From NCBI GenBank assembly GCA_951406725.2, contig OX597841.1, positions 12,400,001-12,464,000 on the forward strand: a DNA stretch of 64,000 nt, given 5' to 3'. The notes beneath the pieces were generated by a model that worked only from the letters and a program-made list of their open reading frames with translations, had not been told where the DNA came from and did no database searches. A program made the position numbers and the translations under genes. This DNA is from Octopus vulgaris (taxonomy: Eukaryota). Shown piece by piece: positions 43,308 through 58,003 of this stretch (positions within the stretch are counted from its first letter, which is position 1; each line of letters starts with the position of its first letter).

Positions 43308-43353
43308 CATTATAACATGTTTCAGTTCCTGAAATGAACCTTATCAAAAAAAG
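43308..43353 (-). ncRNA. Hammerhead-like motif with U3-A8 core in (TA)n-embedded element (about 43248-43678)
   Basis: Minus: CTTTTT-TTGATAA-GGTTC ATTTCAG GAACT-GAAA-CATG-TT-ATAATG; 5-bp stem II, palindromic ACATGT, weak stem I. Confidence 0.6.
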
Positions 43354-43740
43354 TTATATAAAAAGAGACAGCTCATGCCGTCAAACACAAGAAATTCATT
43401 TATAATACACAACGGAGTCAGACATCTTAGAGTTCATGTATAGTTGATATATAGTTCATGTATAGTTGATATATAGTTTGAAGTATATGTTCAAAGTGTT
43501 CGATGCAGTGGCCCACGGTGACGATACGTATTCAATACAAAAACAGATCAAAGTGGTGGAAAGCGGTCAATACAGAAGATTGATGTTTCCGAAAGAGCGA
43601 GGAATTCATTTTTACCTTAAGCAATTGTGATGACCCATGGTGGAAGTTCGCTGGGTGGTTCTAGTGATTTTTTGTGAAATATATATACATACATACATAT
43701 ATATATATATGTAAATACACGCATATATATATGCATTCAT

Positions 43741-43777
<37 letters not shown>

Positions 43778-43833
43778 GCATGTATATGTATATGTATATA
43801 TATATAATATAATATATATAATATATAATATAT

Positions 43834-43921
<88 letters not shown>

Positions 43922-43949
43922 CACCGCCCTTGAGTCTAACAAAGCAACA

Positions 43950-44620
43950 CTACTCAAAGGTTGTGACAGAGAATAAAAATTTCAGGATCTTTTGGGATTT
44001 CCTCATAAAGACTGACAAAACAATTGCGGCAAGAAGACCAGACAAGGTTATCGATGACAAAAATAAACAAAGAGAGATCAGAGATTTTGGAATTCCCGAA
44101 GACAGCAGAGACAACAGCAAAGAAATTTTGAAAAAAAAGAAACAATTGAAAAAGAAGAAGACTTAGCCATCGAGATGACGAGACTGTGGAAGACTAGGAC
44201 AGCAATTGTGGGGGTCACGTGGCTTGGTGGTTAGGAAGTTGGACTCATGATCGTAAGATACTGGTTTCGATTTCTGGTCCAGGGGATGGTTTGTGTTCTT
44301 GAGCAAAACACTTCATTTCACGTTATTCCAGTCCACTCAGTAGGTACGAGTGAGTAACCATGTGAAGCTCTGGCGTCCCGTCCAGGTGGGGAACTTATTC
44401 ACCATCGAAACATGGAAACCGGTCCTCGTGAATCGAGGAGAGGTAAGGTTATCGTTTACTTACCAAGAGAGCCAGTATACCTTTAGTAATTGGTGCATTT
44501 GGCGCAAAATCCGAAATGCTTCCTAAAAGACTGACAGAAAACGAAACCGAAACAACTATTGTCGATCTGCAGAAATGTTCCCGCCAATATTCTGCTACAA
44601 TCCTCAGATACGTCAAGACA
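43950..44620 (+). pseudogene. R4/Dong-type RLE fragment interrupted by a SINE (44208-44440)
   Basis: VTENKNFRIFWDFLIKTDKTIAARRPDKVI...DFGIPED...DLAIEMTRLWK, resuming at about 44476 with IPLVIGAFG...DLQKC. Confidence 0.85.
44208..44440 (+). mobile_element. tRNA-derived SINE (third family)
   Basis: GTGGCTTGGTGGTTAGG A-box, GGTTTCGATTTC B-box, core-like GTTCTTGAGCAAAACACTT, then CTGGCGTCCCGTCCAGG. Confidence 0.7.
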
Positions 44621-44720
44621 TGTCATAGATTTATGACAACAGCGTTTTAAGAAAGCTAAGATTTATCGATATTTAAGACATATCTATTCGTGTGTGTGTA
44701 CATATATACATACATACACG

Positions 44721-44785
<65 letters not shown>

Positions 44786-44990
44786 GCATACGTAAATAAT
44801 ATATAGAAGGTGTGTGGAGGTGGAGGAGTGGCTGTGTGATAAGTAGCTTGCTTACCAACCACATAGCTCCGGGTTCAGTCCCACGGCGTGGCATCTTGGG
44901 CAAGTGTCTTCTACTATAGCCTCGGGCCAACCAAAGCTTTGTGAGTGGATTTGGTAGACGGAAACTGAAAGAAGCCCGTCGTATATGTAA

Positions 44991-45044
<54 letters not shown>

Positions 45045-45232
45045 ATATATATACATTCTTTAGTCGAACAAATCGACCCCAGAACTTATTCTTTGTAAGC
45101 CTAGTAGTTATTCTATCGGTCTTTTTTGCCGAACTGCTAAGTTACGGGGACGTAAACACACCAGCATCAGTTATCAACCGATGTTGGGGACAAACATAAA
45201 CACACAAACATACACACACACATGCATATACA

Positions 45233-45282
<50 letters not shown>

Positions 45283-45289
<7 letters not shown>

Positions 45290-45662
45290 CTGAAGTTGTC
45301 TGTGTGTGGCAGGTTTGGTAGCCTTCAATTAACTCTATCTCCTCCAAGACTCTGCAGTGCAAGTTGACCAAAATTGAGAGTATGATAGAAGAAGACTTGC
45401 TCTTCCTTCCGTAGAAGAAAAAAATCAAATCGGACCATGTTAACACCAAAAATTATTTACATCAAAAAGTTACTTATTTTTCTATGAAAATCCCTATTTT
45501 TTACGATTTTTTGACTGCTGTGTCGCCATTTTTCTGTGTATTTCAACCAGAAAAATGTTCACTTAAAGAGAATAACAAGCTACATAAGGCAAAATTTTTA
45601 CTTTTCAAAAATTCAAATTCTAAAGGGTCGAAACAAACCCAAGCAACGCCGGGCGATACTGC

Positions 45663-45666
<4 letters not shown>
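45283..45666 (+). mobile_element. Non-autonomous Helitron-like element nested in a minus-strand CORE-like SINE (45056-45890)
   Basis: 5' TATATAAAG...GTCTGTGTG...ACCAAAATT; 3' hairpin CCC.AGCAACGCCGGG then CTA(T)T terminus; the two SINE halves flank it. Confidence 0.65.
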
Positions 45667-45716
<50 letters not shown>

Positions 45717-45895
45717 ATATATATACTTACATATACGACGGGCTTCTTTCAGTTTCCGTCTACCAAACCCACTCACAAAGCTCTGGTTGGCCCGAGGCTA
45801 TAGTAGAAGATACTTACCCAAGATACCACACAGAACCATGTGGTTGGTAAGCAAGCTACTTACCACACAGCCACTCCTGCACCTCCATATATATA

Positions 45896-46390
45896 TACTG
45901 CTGACGTACCCGGTAATTCCCGGTAAAGCGGGGCTTATCCCTTAGTTCCGTTCTCATAAAATATGTTGCTCTTAAAGCGGTTTTTATCTATCTACAGAGA
46001 ATACCAAACAGTCTTAAACAGGATCTATTGTTTAGGAAAATATTATTTACTTGTTTAAGGGTTGTACAGGATAAATTGCGAAAATAACTCTAACAGTTCA
46101 AATACTAAGAAATAAGCATACTCAATTTGATTTATACCAAATAATTTAGGAAAATGAATGGGTAATTTCCCTTGGCTGTTAAAATGAAGTATATTAGATA
46201 TATATAATGATCCCTTCCAGGAGCCATATTATCGATTTTTTTTAACAATCTGAGTATGCTATGGGGTTTCTAGACATGAGTTCTAGTCACGTGTCAAGTT
46301 TCAACATAATCGATAAAACGATGTAGGAGGAGTTAGCTAACAACCCCACAAACACACCCACAGACAGAACTTCCCACATATGTAGTAGAA
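45896..46390 (-). mobile_element. Non-autonomous Helitron-like element
   Basis: ACT.CTGACGTACCCGG...CCCGG terminus, AAGTTTCA....AATCG and CAGACAGAAC...TAGTAGA at the other end. Confidence 0.55.
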
Positions 46391-47813
46391 ATTTATCTGT
46401 CTGCCTGTCTGTCTGCCTCTCTATCTGTCTGTCTGTCTGTCTATCTGTCTGTCTGTCTATCTATCCATCTATCTGTCTGTCTATCTAATCTACGTGCTCG
46501 GGTGCTGGGCTGTAAGCAGACACACGGATTCATCCGAGAAAGACACCCACCCCACACACATGATTCAGTTGTGCTCTTCCTTCTGTTGTTTAACCCCAGG
46601 TCAGTGATGACCCAACAGTCCTTTAATCAACAAGGCTTTCCTGCATGTTGGTGTCTGTGTCTCGGTTGTGTGTCCGTGTGTATGCATGCATGTATGTATG
46701 TGATGTATGTATGTATGTATGTGTATGTATGTATATATGTATGTATGTATGTATGTACGTGTGTATGTGTATGTATGTATTTATGTATGTATGTATGTAT
46801 GCATGTATGTGTGTGTATGTACGTATGTATGTATGTGTGTGTGTATACGTGTATATATGTATGTGCGTGTGTATGTATGCCTGTTGTGTGTGTATGCATG
46901 TATGCATGCATGTGTGTATGCATGTATGTATGGTATTTATGTATGCATGCATGTATGTATACTTGTGTGTGTGTACGTATGTATGTATCTATGGACGGAT
47001 GCAAGTATGTATGTGTGGATAGATGCATGTATGTATGTATGTATATATGTATGTATGTACGTAAGCATGCATGTAAGTATATATGCATGTATGTGTGTAT
47101 GCATGTATGTATGTATATGCTTAAATACGTGGGTATATGTATGTGTGTGTACATATGTGTATGTATCTGTATGATTGTGAACCTGTATTTATGTGTACCG
47201 CATATATGTTTGTATGTACTTATGAAAATGCATGTATGTATATACGTATGCTTCTATGTATGTATTTATGCACGCATGTGTGTATATATATATATATGTA
47301 CATATGTAGGTTTGGATTCATGTGTTTGTGTGTATGTATTTTCTGTCTATAGTCATGTATGTACGTGCGTCTGTATGTCTGTATGTTTGTATGTGTGTGT
47401 GTGTGTATCTACATGTATGGATGTGTGTGATTTCTATCTCCACCTCCCACTCCTTCGCACTCTCATTATTTCTCCTCCCACCACCACCATCAACTCCCTC
47501 CCCTTCAGAACCACCGATTTACAGTGAATGGGGGGAGTAGAAACAGGAGGCGGAGGTGGAGGAGGCGACGGAAAGGGGGCAGGAGGGAGGAAGGAGGGGT
47601 TTAATGGCGGTTATTTTGCGTAAACAGGAATTAAGGTGCGTGGGGGATTTGTAGTGTTTTAGTAGCAACTGTGCGTACGTGTGTGTGCGCATGCGTGTGT
47701 GTGTGTGTGCTTGTGTGTGTATGCATATAAGAATATATATATGTAAATCGCTCTCTATATGTATACATGTGTATGTATATGCACGTACACACAATTTATA
47801 TATTTATGTATAG

Positions 47814-47907
<94 letters not shown>

Positions 47908-47980
47908 ATCTATACATACATACACACATACATACATATATCTATATGTGTGTATATATACATATATTTATATGCATACT

Positions 47981-48040
<60 letters not shown>

Positions 48041-48177
48041 TATATATATATGCACACACATAAACACATGTACATGTACGTATGTATATTTGAATATAAA
48101 ATATGATGATGTCTATGTATGTGTGTACACATACGCATGCATATGTGTGTGTATGTGTGTGTGTTATGCATAAACAC

Positions 48178-48228
<51 letters not shown>

Positions 48229-48326
48229 TCTGTATGTGCGTAATATATATATATCGAGATAGTGAGAGAGATAGATACACAGACAGATAGATAGATAGAT
48301 AGATAGATAGAGAGATAGATAGAGAG

Positions 48327-48394
<68 letters not shown>

Positions 48395-48716
48395 ATACAC
48401 ACAAGCGTACATACATTTCTGTGTTCAAATTCCGCCGAGGTCGACTTTGCCTTTCATCCTTTCGGGATCAATTAAATAGATACCAGTTACGTATTGGGGT
48501 GGGTGCAATCGACATAATCCTTTTGTCCCCTCTATGCTTAGCCCCCTGCGGGCAATAAAAAAATATATTCATTTACATACGTATATGCGTCTACAAATAT
48601 GTACAAATATGTATATGTATGCATGTATATACACATGAATGTATACACACACACACACACACACACATATACTTGAATATAAGAAAAAGCATATGTGTAT
48701 AAAATACATATTTATA

Positions 48717-48898
<182 letters not shown>

Positions 48899-48903
48899 GA
48901 TAC

Positions 48904-48960
<57 letters not shown>

Positions 48961-48965
48961 TATAT

Positions 48966-49059
<94 letters not shown>

Positions 49060-49064
49060 ATATA

Positions 49065-49183
49065 TTCTCTTGAATGAAACAGTTCTAGTCCTGTAGAAGC
49101 TCCTTCTATATAATAAATTAATTTTACTCTGCTATGTATTGAGTACCTTATTTACTGTGGTTAACCCCGAATCAACCCGGGAC

Positions 49184-49188
<5 letters not shown>
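49065..49188 (+). mobile_element. 5'-truncated copy of the Penelope-type terminus (33337-33460) in (TA)n
   Basis: About 124 bp with only about 3 substitutions relative to 33337-33460; (TA)n on both sides. Confidence 0.93.
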
Positions 49189-49255
<67 letters not shown>

Positions 49256-49368
49256 GTATGTATATGTTTGTGTATGCATATGTGCTTGCATGTGTGCGGA
49301 TGTATGTGAATTTGTATGCTTGTGTGAGCGCACATACAGACACGCGTGCACAAACGCACACACGTCTA

Positions 49369-49419
<51 letters not shown>

Positions 49420-49420
49420 A

Positions 49421-49458
<38 letters not shown>

Positions 49459-49475
49459 CCCATCTATCTATCTAT

Positions 49476-49806
<331 letters not shown>

Positions 49807-49809
49807 CCC

Positions 49810-49863
<54 letters not shown>

Positions 49864-49887
49864 TTTACCTATATATATATATATAGT

Positions 49888-49923
<36 letters not shown>

Positions 49924-50762
49924 TAACTGTGTGTGTATATGCGTGTGTGTGTCTGTGTGTCTGTGTGTCTGTCTGTCTCAACCAAGCTGTTTGCCTGTCT
50001 GCCAGCACGTCTGTGTGTCCCCTAGCTGCAGGCAGCAGTCGGAGTTCCTTTCAGCATGTGATGGACTTTCCCCATTGGTCGGTTGGTCGCTGGTTCGAGT
50101 GACAGCCACTCCCCCTACACATCAGTCGCACTTCAAACCGTCCGCCGACTGCGAACCACTAATCACAAGCGACTAAGGGCTACCCTGAGGTTATCTACCC
50201 ACTCTCACCTGCCTCCACACCTCAGGTAAGTTTCACATCATAGACACACACAACTGTGTGTAGATATAAGTGTATATTGAAGCGTGTATATAAGCATTTG
50301 TTTTTACAAACATACGAGCGTTCATTCATACGTATACACACGCATACACACATACATAAATGCACATACTTACACGCATACATGCACACACACACATACA
50401 TACATACATATATACACATAAACATGGAGATGTATAGATTATGTGTGTGTATGTGTTCGTGCATCGGTATGTGCGCGTGCGAGCGCGATTTTTTGTGTGT
50501 GTATATATTATATGTATGTATGAATATATGTATATATTTACGCCCTCAAACATTCACCTGAATGTAAATGCGTATGATGCATTTACACGCACACACAAAT
50601 ATATATATATACATATCTACATATACATATACATACATACACATATATATATATATACATACATATATATATGTATATATATATATATATATACATATAT
50701 ATACATATGTATATATGTATGTATATATATATATATATATATATACATATGTATATATGTAA

Positions 50763-50846
<84 letters not shown>

Positions 50847-51156
50847 CGGGAAGCTTTATGAAAATAGACAAAAGACGAAGGCAGGTGGGAAACAAACAAA
50901 CAATTGTATACTCTTTTACCTGTTTCAGTCATTTGACTGCGGCCATGCTGGAGCACCGCCTTTAGTCGAGCAAATCGACCCCGGGACTTATTCTTTGTAA
51001 GCCCAGTACTTATTCTATCGGTCTCTTTTGCCGAACCGCTAATTAATTTATTTATTCATATGCGCTTTTCTAGTACTACGTATATATTCATATTGATATA
51101 TAATACACGTAAATACTCATCTATTTATATTTACAATTGTGCATGTATATGTATTC

Positions 51157-51238
<82 letters not shown>

Positions 51239-51502
51239 GATTATGCAAGCAACTACATGTTTATTTTCATTATACATAATATAATACAATATATATCATA
51301 TACACACATATATATATGAATGTTTACATATGTGTGTATACATAATATATACATTATATGTGTGTGTGTGTATATACATACATACAAATTCATGTTTGTA
51401 TGTTTTTGGTATGTATACCAATGTATATAAAGACACACGCACAGTTACGAAGCATATGTATATATGTATATAGGCACACACTCACACACATATATGTATG
51501 TG

Positions 51503-51546
<44 letters not shown>

Positions 51547-51854
51547 GTATATGTATATATATATATATACACACAATCATATATACACATATATATACAT
51601 ATATATATATACACACACATACATATATATATATGTATATGTATATATATGTGTATATATGATTGTGTGTATATATATATATATGTATATATATATGTGC
51701 ATATATATATATGTGTGTATATATATGTGTATATGTATATATATGTGTATATATGATTGTGTATATATATATATGTATGTATATATATGTGTATATATAT
51801 GTGTGTATATATGATTGTGTATATATATATATATATATTCATGCACACATACAT

Positions 51855-52110
51855 ACGTGAGGATTGCTTGAAGGTGTAAGATGGACGTAGCCTGTGGGAG
51901 GGGGTGAAGAATCGATGAGAGACCGTGTGTGGTGATATTTGCGTATATATCAATGAGTGCTCATGTGAGAGGGACTGTATATATGAGAGAGAATATTAGG
52001 CTAGAGTGTGTATAAGCGTTAGGGATGAAGAGTGTATAAATAGAGAGAATAGAGGACTGTAATAGATTGTTTTTCGTAATGGATGTACAATGACGAAGAT
52101 TTGCGAGAAA
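51855..52110 (-). pseudogene. Possible highly decayed Penelope-like RT thumb fragment
   Basis: Minus frames give SLYIHYE...YTLHP...RFF, loosely resembling the PLE 'YxxxxSxHP...IP.S...M..FF' region. Confidence 0.3.
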
Positions 52111-52264
52111 TAATTTTATAATTTATGCAAATTTATGCAAATATATATTGGCATCGAATATTTTACCCCTTTGAATGTGTGTATATGCAGCATATAGGTA
52201 AACGTATGCACGCATACATATATACATTCGTACATGTATAAATGGATGTACGTATGTATGTCTG

Positions 52265-52311
<47 letters not shown>

Positions 52312-52414
52312 ACAAAACTATGTATATATTGATATACGTATATATATCTACGCATTAGACGGCATCCGTACAAACATTAACACCCGCACACAAGATAGAT
52401 ATTCACACACGCAT

Positions 52415-52570
<156 letters not shown>

Positions 52571-52934
52571 TTGTATATATATATGTATAAAAAATATATG
52601 TAAAAATACAAAATGGGACAAGAACACATAACACTCAAAGAGACGACACAAAAAACGGACGGGTCATTCGAAGCCTATATATTTATCCTTCGAAACGTAG
52701 AGTAGATGAAACCATGGCGACTGAAGAAGGGGTTTTTTCTTTGTGTTAATTGTCCTGTACTCTATTTTTTCGTTGTTTAAAAAAATGTCCAGTTCCTTTG
52801 GTTTGTGTCTATGTTTTCGTTTCTCATTGTGTTCGACGTCCTTTTGGTGTCCTGTATCATATATGCGTGTATATATGTAGAGGTAGGTACGTACATATAT
52901 GTTTATATATATGCATATGTTTTATATTTATTTA

Positions 52935-53056
<122 letters not shown>

Positions 53057-53317
53057 TGTGTGTGTGTATATATATATATATATTTGGGGCAACCAGATCG
53101 AACTGTCTCAGAGGTAACTGCCCGAAACAGTAAGGACATCTGGTAACTTGACTGAAGGAAGAAAGCGACGAATGACTCGTCCTTTCTAATCGTTGTTTCT
53201 CCTGTCCACCTTGCATCATCCATCTGTCCCAATGTTTTATTGTCCTCTATTGCGTTTTTGTTCCATTTTTTTATATTTACATATGTATATATGTATATAT
53301 ATGTCTATGTATGTATG

Positions 53318-53366
<49 letters not shown>

Positions 53367-53373
53367 ATGTATG

Positions 53374-53440
<67 letters not shown>

Positions 53441-53500
53441 TTATATATATACATATATACATACGTAACACACACACATATATATATATATACATACATA

Positions 53501-53555
<55 letters not shown>

Positions 53556-53587
53556 CATATATAAATACATAACACATACATATATAT

Positions 53588-53661
<74 letters not shown>

Positions 53662-53906
53662 TATGGAGGCGCAGGACGTCACGAAGCGTTTCTTTCGAAC
53701 AACGAAAGACAGAAATGGAAAACGAAACAAATAACATAAAGAACGACCCTTCATCAGTTGTTGGCTGTTTTTCTAGTCTTGTATTTTGCCAGCCCACCTC
53801 AAAAAAAGAAAACAAAGAAAGAAACAAAGAAAAAAAAAACAACAAGAACGCGAGGACATGGAATGTGTAAAGTATTAGCAGACGCTCAGGGAAGGAAAGA
53901 AAGATG

Positions 53907-53941
53907 GTTTAACGTTTCGAGCAAAGCTTTTCTTCGGAAAC
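53907..53941 (-). ncRNA. Minimal hammerhead (U4C) in element related to 14202-14362
   Basis: Minus: GTTT-CCGAAGA-AAAGC TTT GCTC-GAAA-CG-TT-AAAC; flanks share GACGCTCAGG and GGAAGACGGAGG.AAAAATCGCCAA with the 14.2-kb copy. Confidence 0.7.
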
Positions 53942-53998
53942 AGAGGAAAGTCCAACAGAAAAGGAAGACGGAGGGAAAAATCGCCAATGATTCACATT

Positions 53999-54034
<36 letters not shown>

Positions 54035-54182
54035 GAATGAAAGAATGGAGTCGAACGAAGATGTTAACAAAATTCCTTTACTCTCGACATATGTTTTTTT
54101 CTGACGTGAATTTGCTAACCAGGTTTCGGTTAAACGAATTTTCCATGCTGACGATATACATAGGATAATTCATTCACCTACT

Positions 54183-54275
<93 letters not shown>

Positions 54276-55482
54276 TATATGTATATATTTATATGTATAT
54301 ATTTATATATATACATGGTTTTGGGAACAGTGAATCTCGATGCGCACTTAATCTTTAAATAATGTCATGTAAATATTAGGCTGAAAAACTCTTTTGAGGA
54401 GAAAAAGAGAAAAAGATTGGATGCACTCAACGCGTCACCGTTTTACTGTTCAAGTTTCGGTTCCTATTATGAATCTCATTAAACTGGCTCCGCTGTGCCA
54501 TCCAAGTGGGTTCTCTGTGGCCTGAGTAGGGCTGTGACGTAACATAAAGCGCGCGTCAATACTGAGAGAAAAGACCATGGGATTGATTTTGTCATTCTTT
54601 TAGTGTATCTGATACATGATTCAGTATTCGGTATCACATGATGTTACACAATGATAGCAATCCAGAGATGCACCTCGTTAATGAGGGATGCATAATTAAG
54701 GCAGGACACTTCCTCAGATACACTTGAAATATTTCGTTACCTTATTTAACCCAGTGACATCTGTGGACGTTCGCTGTTTTACTCGCTTTCAAGGAGATGA
54801 CAAAAATATACGCCGCCCCGTCTGCGGTGGTTTTCTGCCTGTTTGGGCACCGGTTGATATAAATATCTGCCATCAATCATAGAATCAACTATAGAGGTCA
54901 CCGTGCAAATTTCAAGGAATCTGACAGGCTTGTTAGATTCTATTTCTTTACTACCCACAAGGGGCTAAACACAGAGGGGACAAACAAGGACAGACAAACG
55001 GATTAAGTTGATTACATCGACCCCAGTGCGTAACCGGTACTTAATTTATCGACCCCGAAAGGATGAAAGGCAAAGTCGACCTCGGCGGAATTTGAACTCA
55101 GAACGTAATGCAGACGAAATACGGCTACACATTTCGCCCGGCGTGCTAACGTTTCTGCCATCTCGCCGCCTTCAGGTTTGTTAGATTCATCATATTAATA
55201 TTTCCAACTCCATTCGTAACAGCACCAAAGCAGCAGTTTTGGTGGTTGCACCACCATTTCCACTATGACTCCCTATCAAATTCGTACACGTTCAGCAAAT
55301 TCTCCTGGTCCTTCACGGAATTTACCGTCGCATCCAGCCATGCCACTTTCGTTGAATTTACGGTTCTCGCAGTGATTACAGTTTACGTAAATAAACAGTG
55401 CAAACTTGAAAGCGGTGGATGTAAATGGACGCCAAACCGTTGTCGTGCGCTAATGGCTGATCTCGGCCGAGAGGATCACCGT

Positions 55483-55498
55483 CAGCGCCACCTAGTTG
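55483..55498. promoter_or_regulatory. CTCF-like motif
   Basis: CAGCGCCACCTAGTTG versus the consensus-type YAGCGCCMCCTAGTGG; forkhead-like GTAAATAAACA about 95 bp upstream. Confidence 0.4.
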
Positions 55499-55867
55499 TC
55501 TGATAAAACAATCCGTTGTCATGGGGTTAATCGTGTGTGTGTGAATTGTTGGGGTGAAAGAGGATTTGGGAAACCGCGCAGACAGGAAGGAAGGTCTTCA
55601 GCAGAATGATTAGCTTCACAGTAACAGACGAATCAGAAATCCATCTTCTGGCGCAGAATGCGATGAAGAATAAAGGAGGAAGAAGGCGTTGTGTCACAGT
55701 TATTCCACAAACATATAATCGATAGGACAATCTCATCGATCTCTTCAATGTCTTGAAACATGTCATGTGATTTGTGCATACTTTCATACAGGCGCATGTA
55801 AATATGTATGTGTATATGTGTGTGTGTGTATGTATGTATGTATGTGAGTATACATACATACATATAT

Positions 55868-55924
<57 letters not shown>

Positions 55925-55943
55925 GATTATAATATATATATAC

Positions 55944-55984
<41 letters not shown>

Positions 55985-56042
55985 CGATTATATATTTGTT
56001 TTGCAAGATTCTTGATGTGAAATCGTGTGTTGAAATGGATAT

Positions 56043-56402
<360 letters not shown>

Positions 56403-56504
56403 CATGCGTACGTACACACAGACAGAAACTCTTCATATATGTTCCAAAGAAAATGGTGCTGTATACTGAAGATCTGTAAATTATTTTCGTACAATATAAT
56501 TCTC

Positions 56505-56591
<87 letters not shown>

Positions 56592-56689
56592 TTTCTGTAT
56601 TTAGATATTCTAAATAAATTCTTGAAAATTATGTTATGCAATATTTAAATACTTTTTAACAACTTTTGTTGTAAGGAAATTAGGAATTA

Positions 56690-57070
56690 GGATAGGTACC
56701 AATATGTGGCCTTATGAATACATTTCAACACCGTCCAGACTAGACCGAAGCCCGGGAGGCCCGCTAGTCTATATATGTATATATATAAATAAAACTGAGA
56801 ATGTGTGTGAGTCTGTCTGTCTGTATGTGTGTATCACTAAAACTCGAGAACTACACAGCCGATTTCATTCCAATTTTACACATGCCTTGGCCCATGGAGT
56901 TTCATGGGCCAAAAGAATTTTCAACTTGCTGCCTAATGCGAGCCCGGAGCAATCTCTTATCACTTCCACTTTTTCAGTATTACGTGTCAAAAGTGAAACA
57001 ATAACATCTCTATTGTAATGTGGTGTAATACTTTCACTATTATAGGGTTTCAATTGAAATTAGTTTCCCA
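56690..57070 (+). mobile_element. Helitron-like tail-to-head junction
   Basis: Hairpin CGGGAGGCCCG + CTAGT at about 56768, immediately followed by CTATATAT...GTCTGTCTGTCTG...CCGATTTCATTCCAATTTT, a Helitron-like 5' end. Confidence 0.5.
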
Positions 57071-57125
57071 ATGTATTTATATACACGTTTGTATGTGTAA
57101 ATATATATATATCTTTGTATATATA

Positions 57126-57192
<67 letters not shown>

Positions 57193-57439
57193 GTATGTAT
57201 ATGTATGTATGTATATATATGTATATGAATATGTTTGTATACATATATATGTATGTGTATATAAGTATATATATATATTTATGCATGTATAGTTACGTGT
57301 ATATATATATATATATGTGTGTGTGTGTAACTATGTATTTATATATGTATATGTATGTATGTATACATATATGTGTATATATATATATATATAAGTATAT
57401 ATATTTATGTATTATATTTATGTATACATATAGATATAC

Positions 57440-57477
<38 letters not shown>

Positions 57478-57569
57478 TTTCAGTTTCCGTATATATGTCG
57501 GCCCGGGCTATATATGCATGAACCCGGAACCATGTGGTTGGTATATATATATGTATATATGTATGTATG

Positions 57570-57604
<35 letters not shown>

Positions 57605-58003
57605 ATATATATATATGTATGTATATATGTATATATGTGCATATGTATATGAGTCTGTCCTATATATATTATGTGTGTGTATTTCTGTCTGTGTTTGTTC
57701 CCCTACCATCGCTTAGAAACCGATGTTGGTGCGTAACTTACCGGTTCGGTAGAAGATATCGATAGAATAAGCACTAGGTGATTTCTTCAACTAGAAGACG
57801 GTGCTCCAGCATGGCCACACTGAAATGACTTAAACAAGAAACGGAATAAAAGAGTAATATTTATCTATACGCATGTATGTATGTATGTATGTATGTATGT
57901 ATGTATGTATGTATGTATGAATGAATGAATGTATGTATGTATGTATGTATGTATGTATGTATGTATGTATGTATGTATGTATGTATGTATGTATGGATAT
58001 ATC

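Noticed and set aside
54440-54490. Minus-strand hammerhead-like motif TTAATGA...GAAAC
   Set aside because: Two core mismatches and no stem I.
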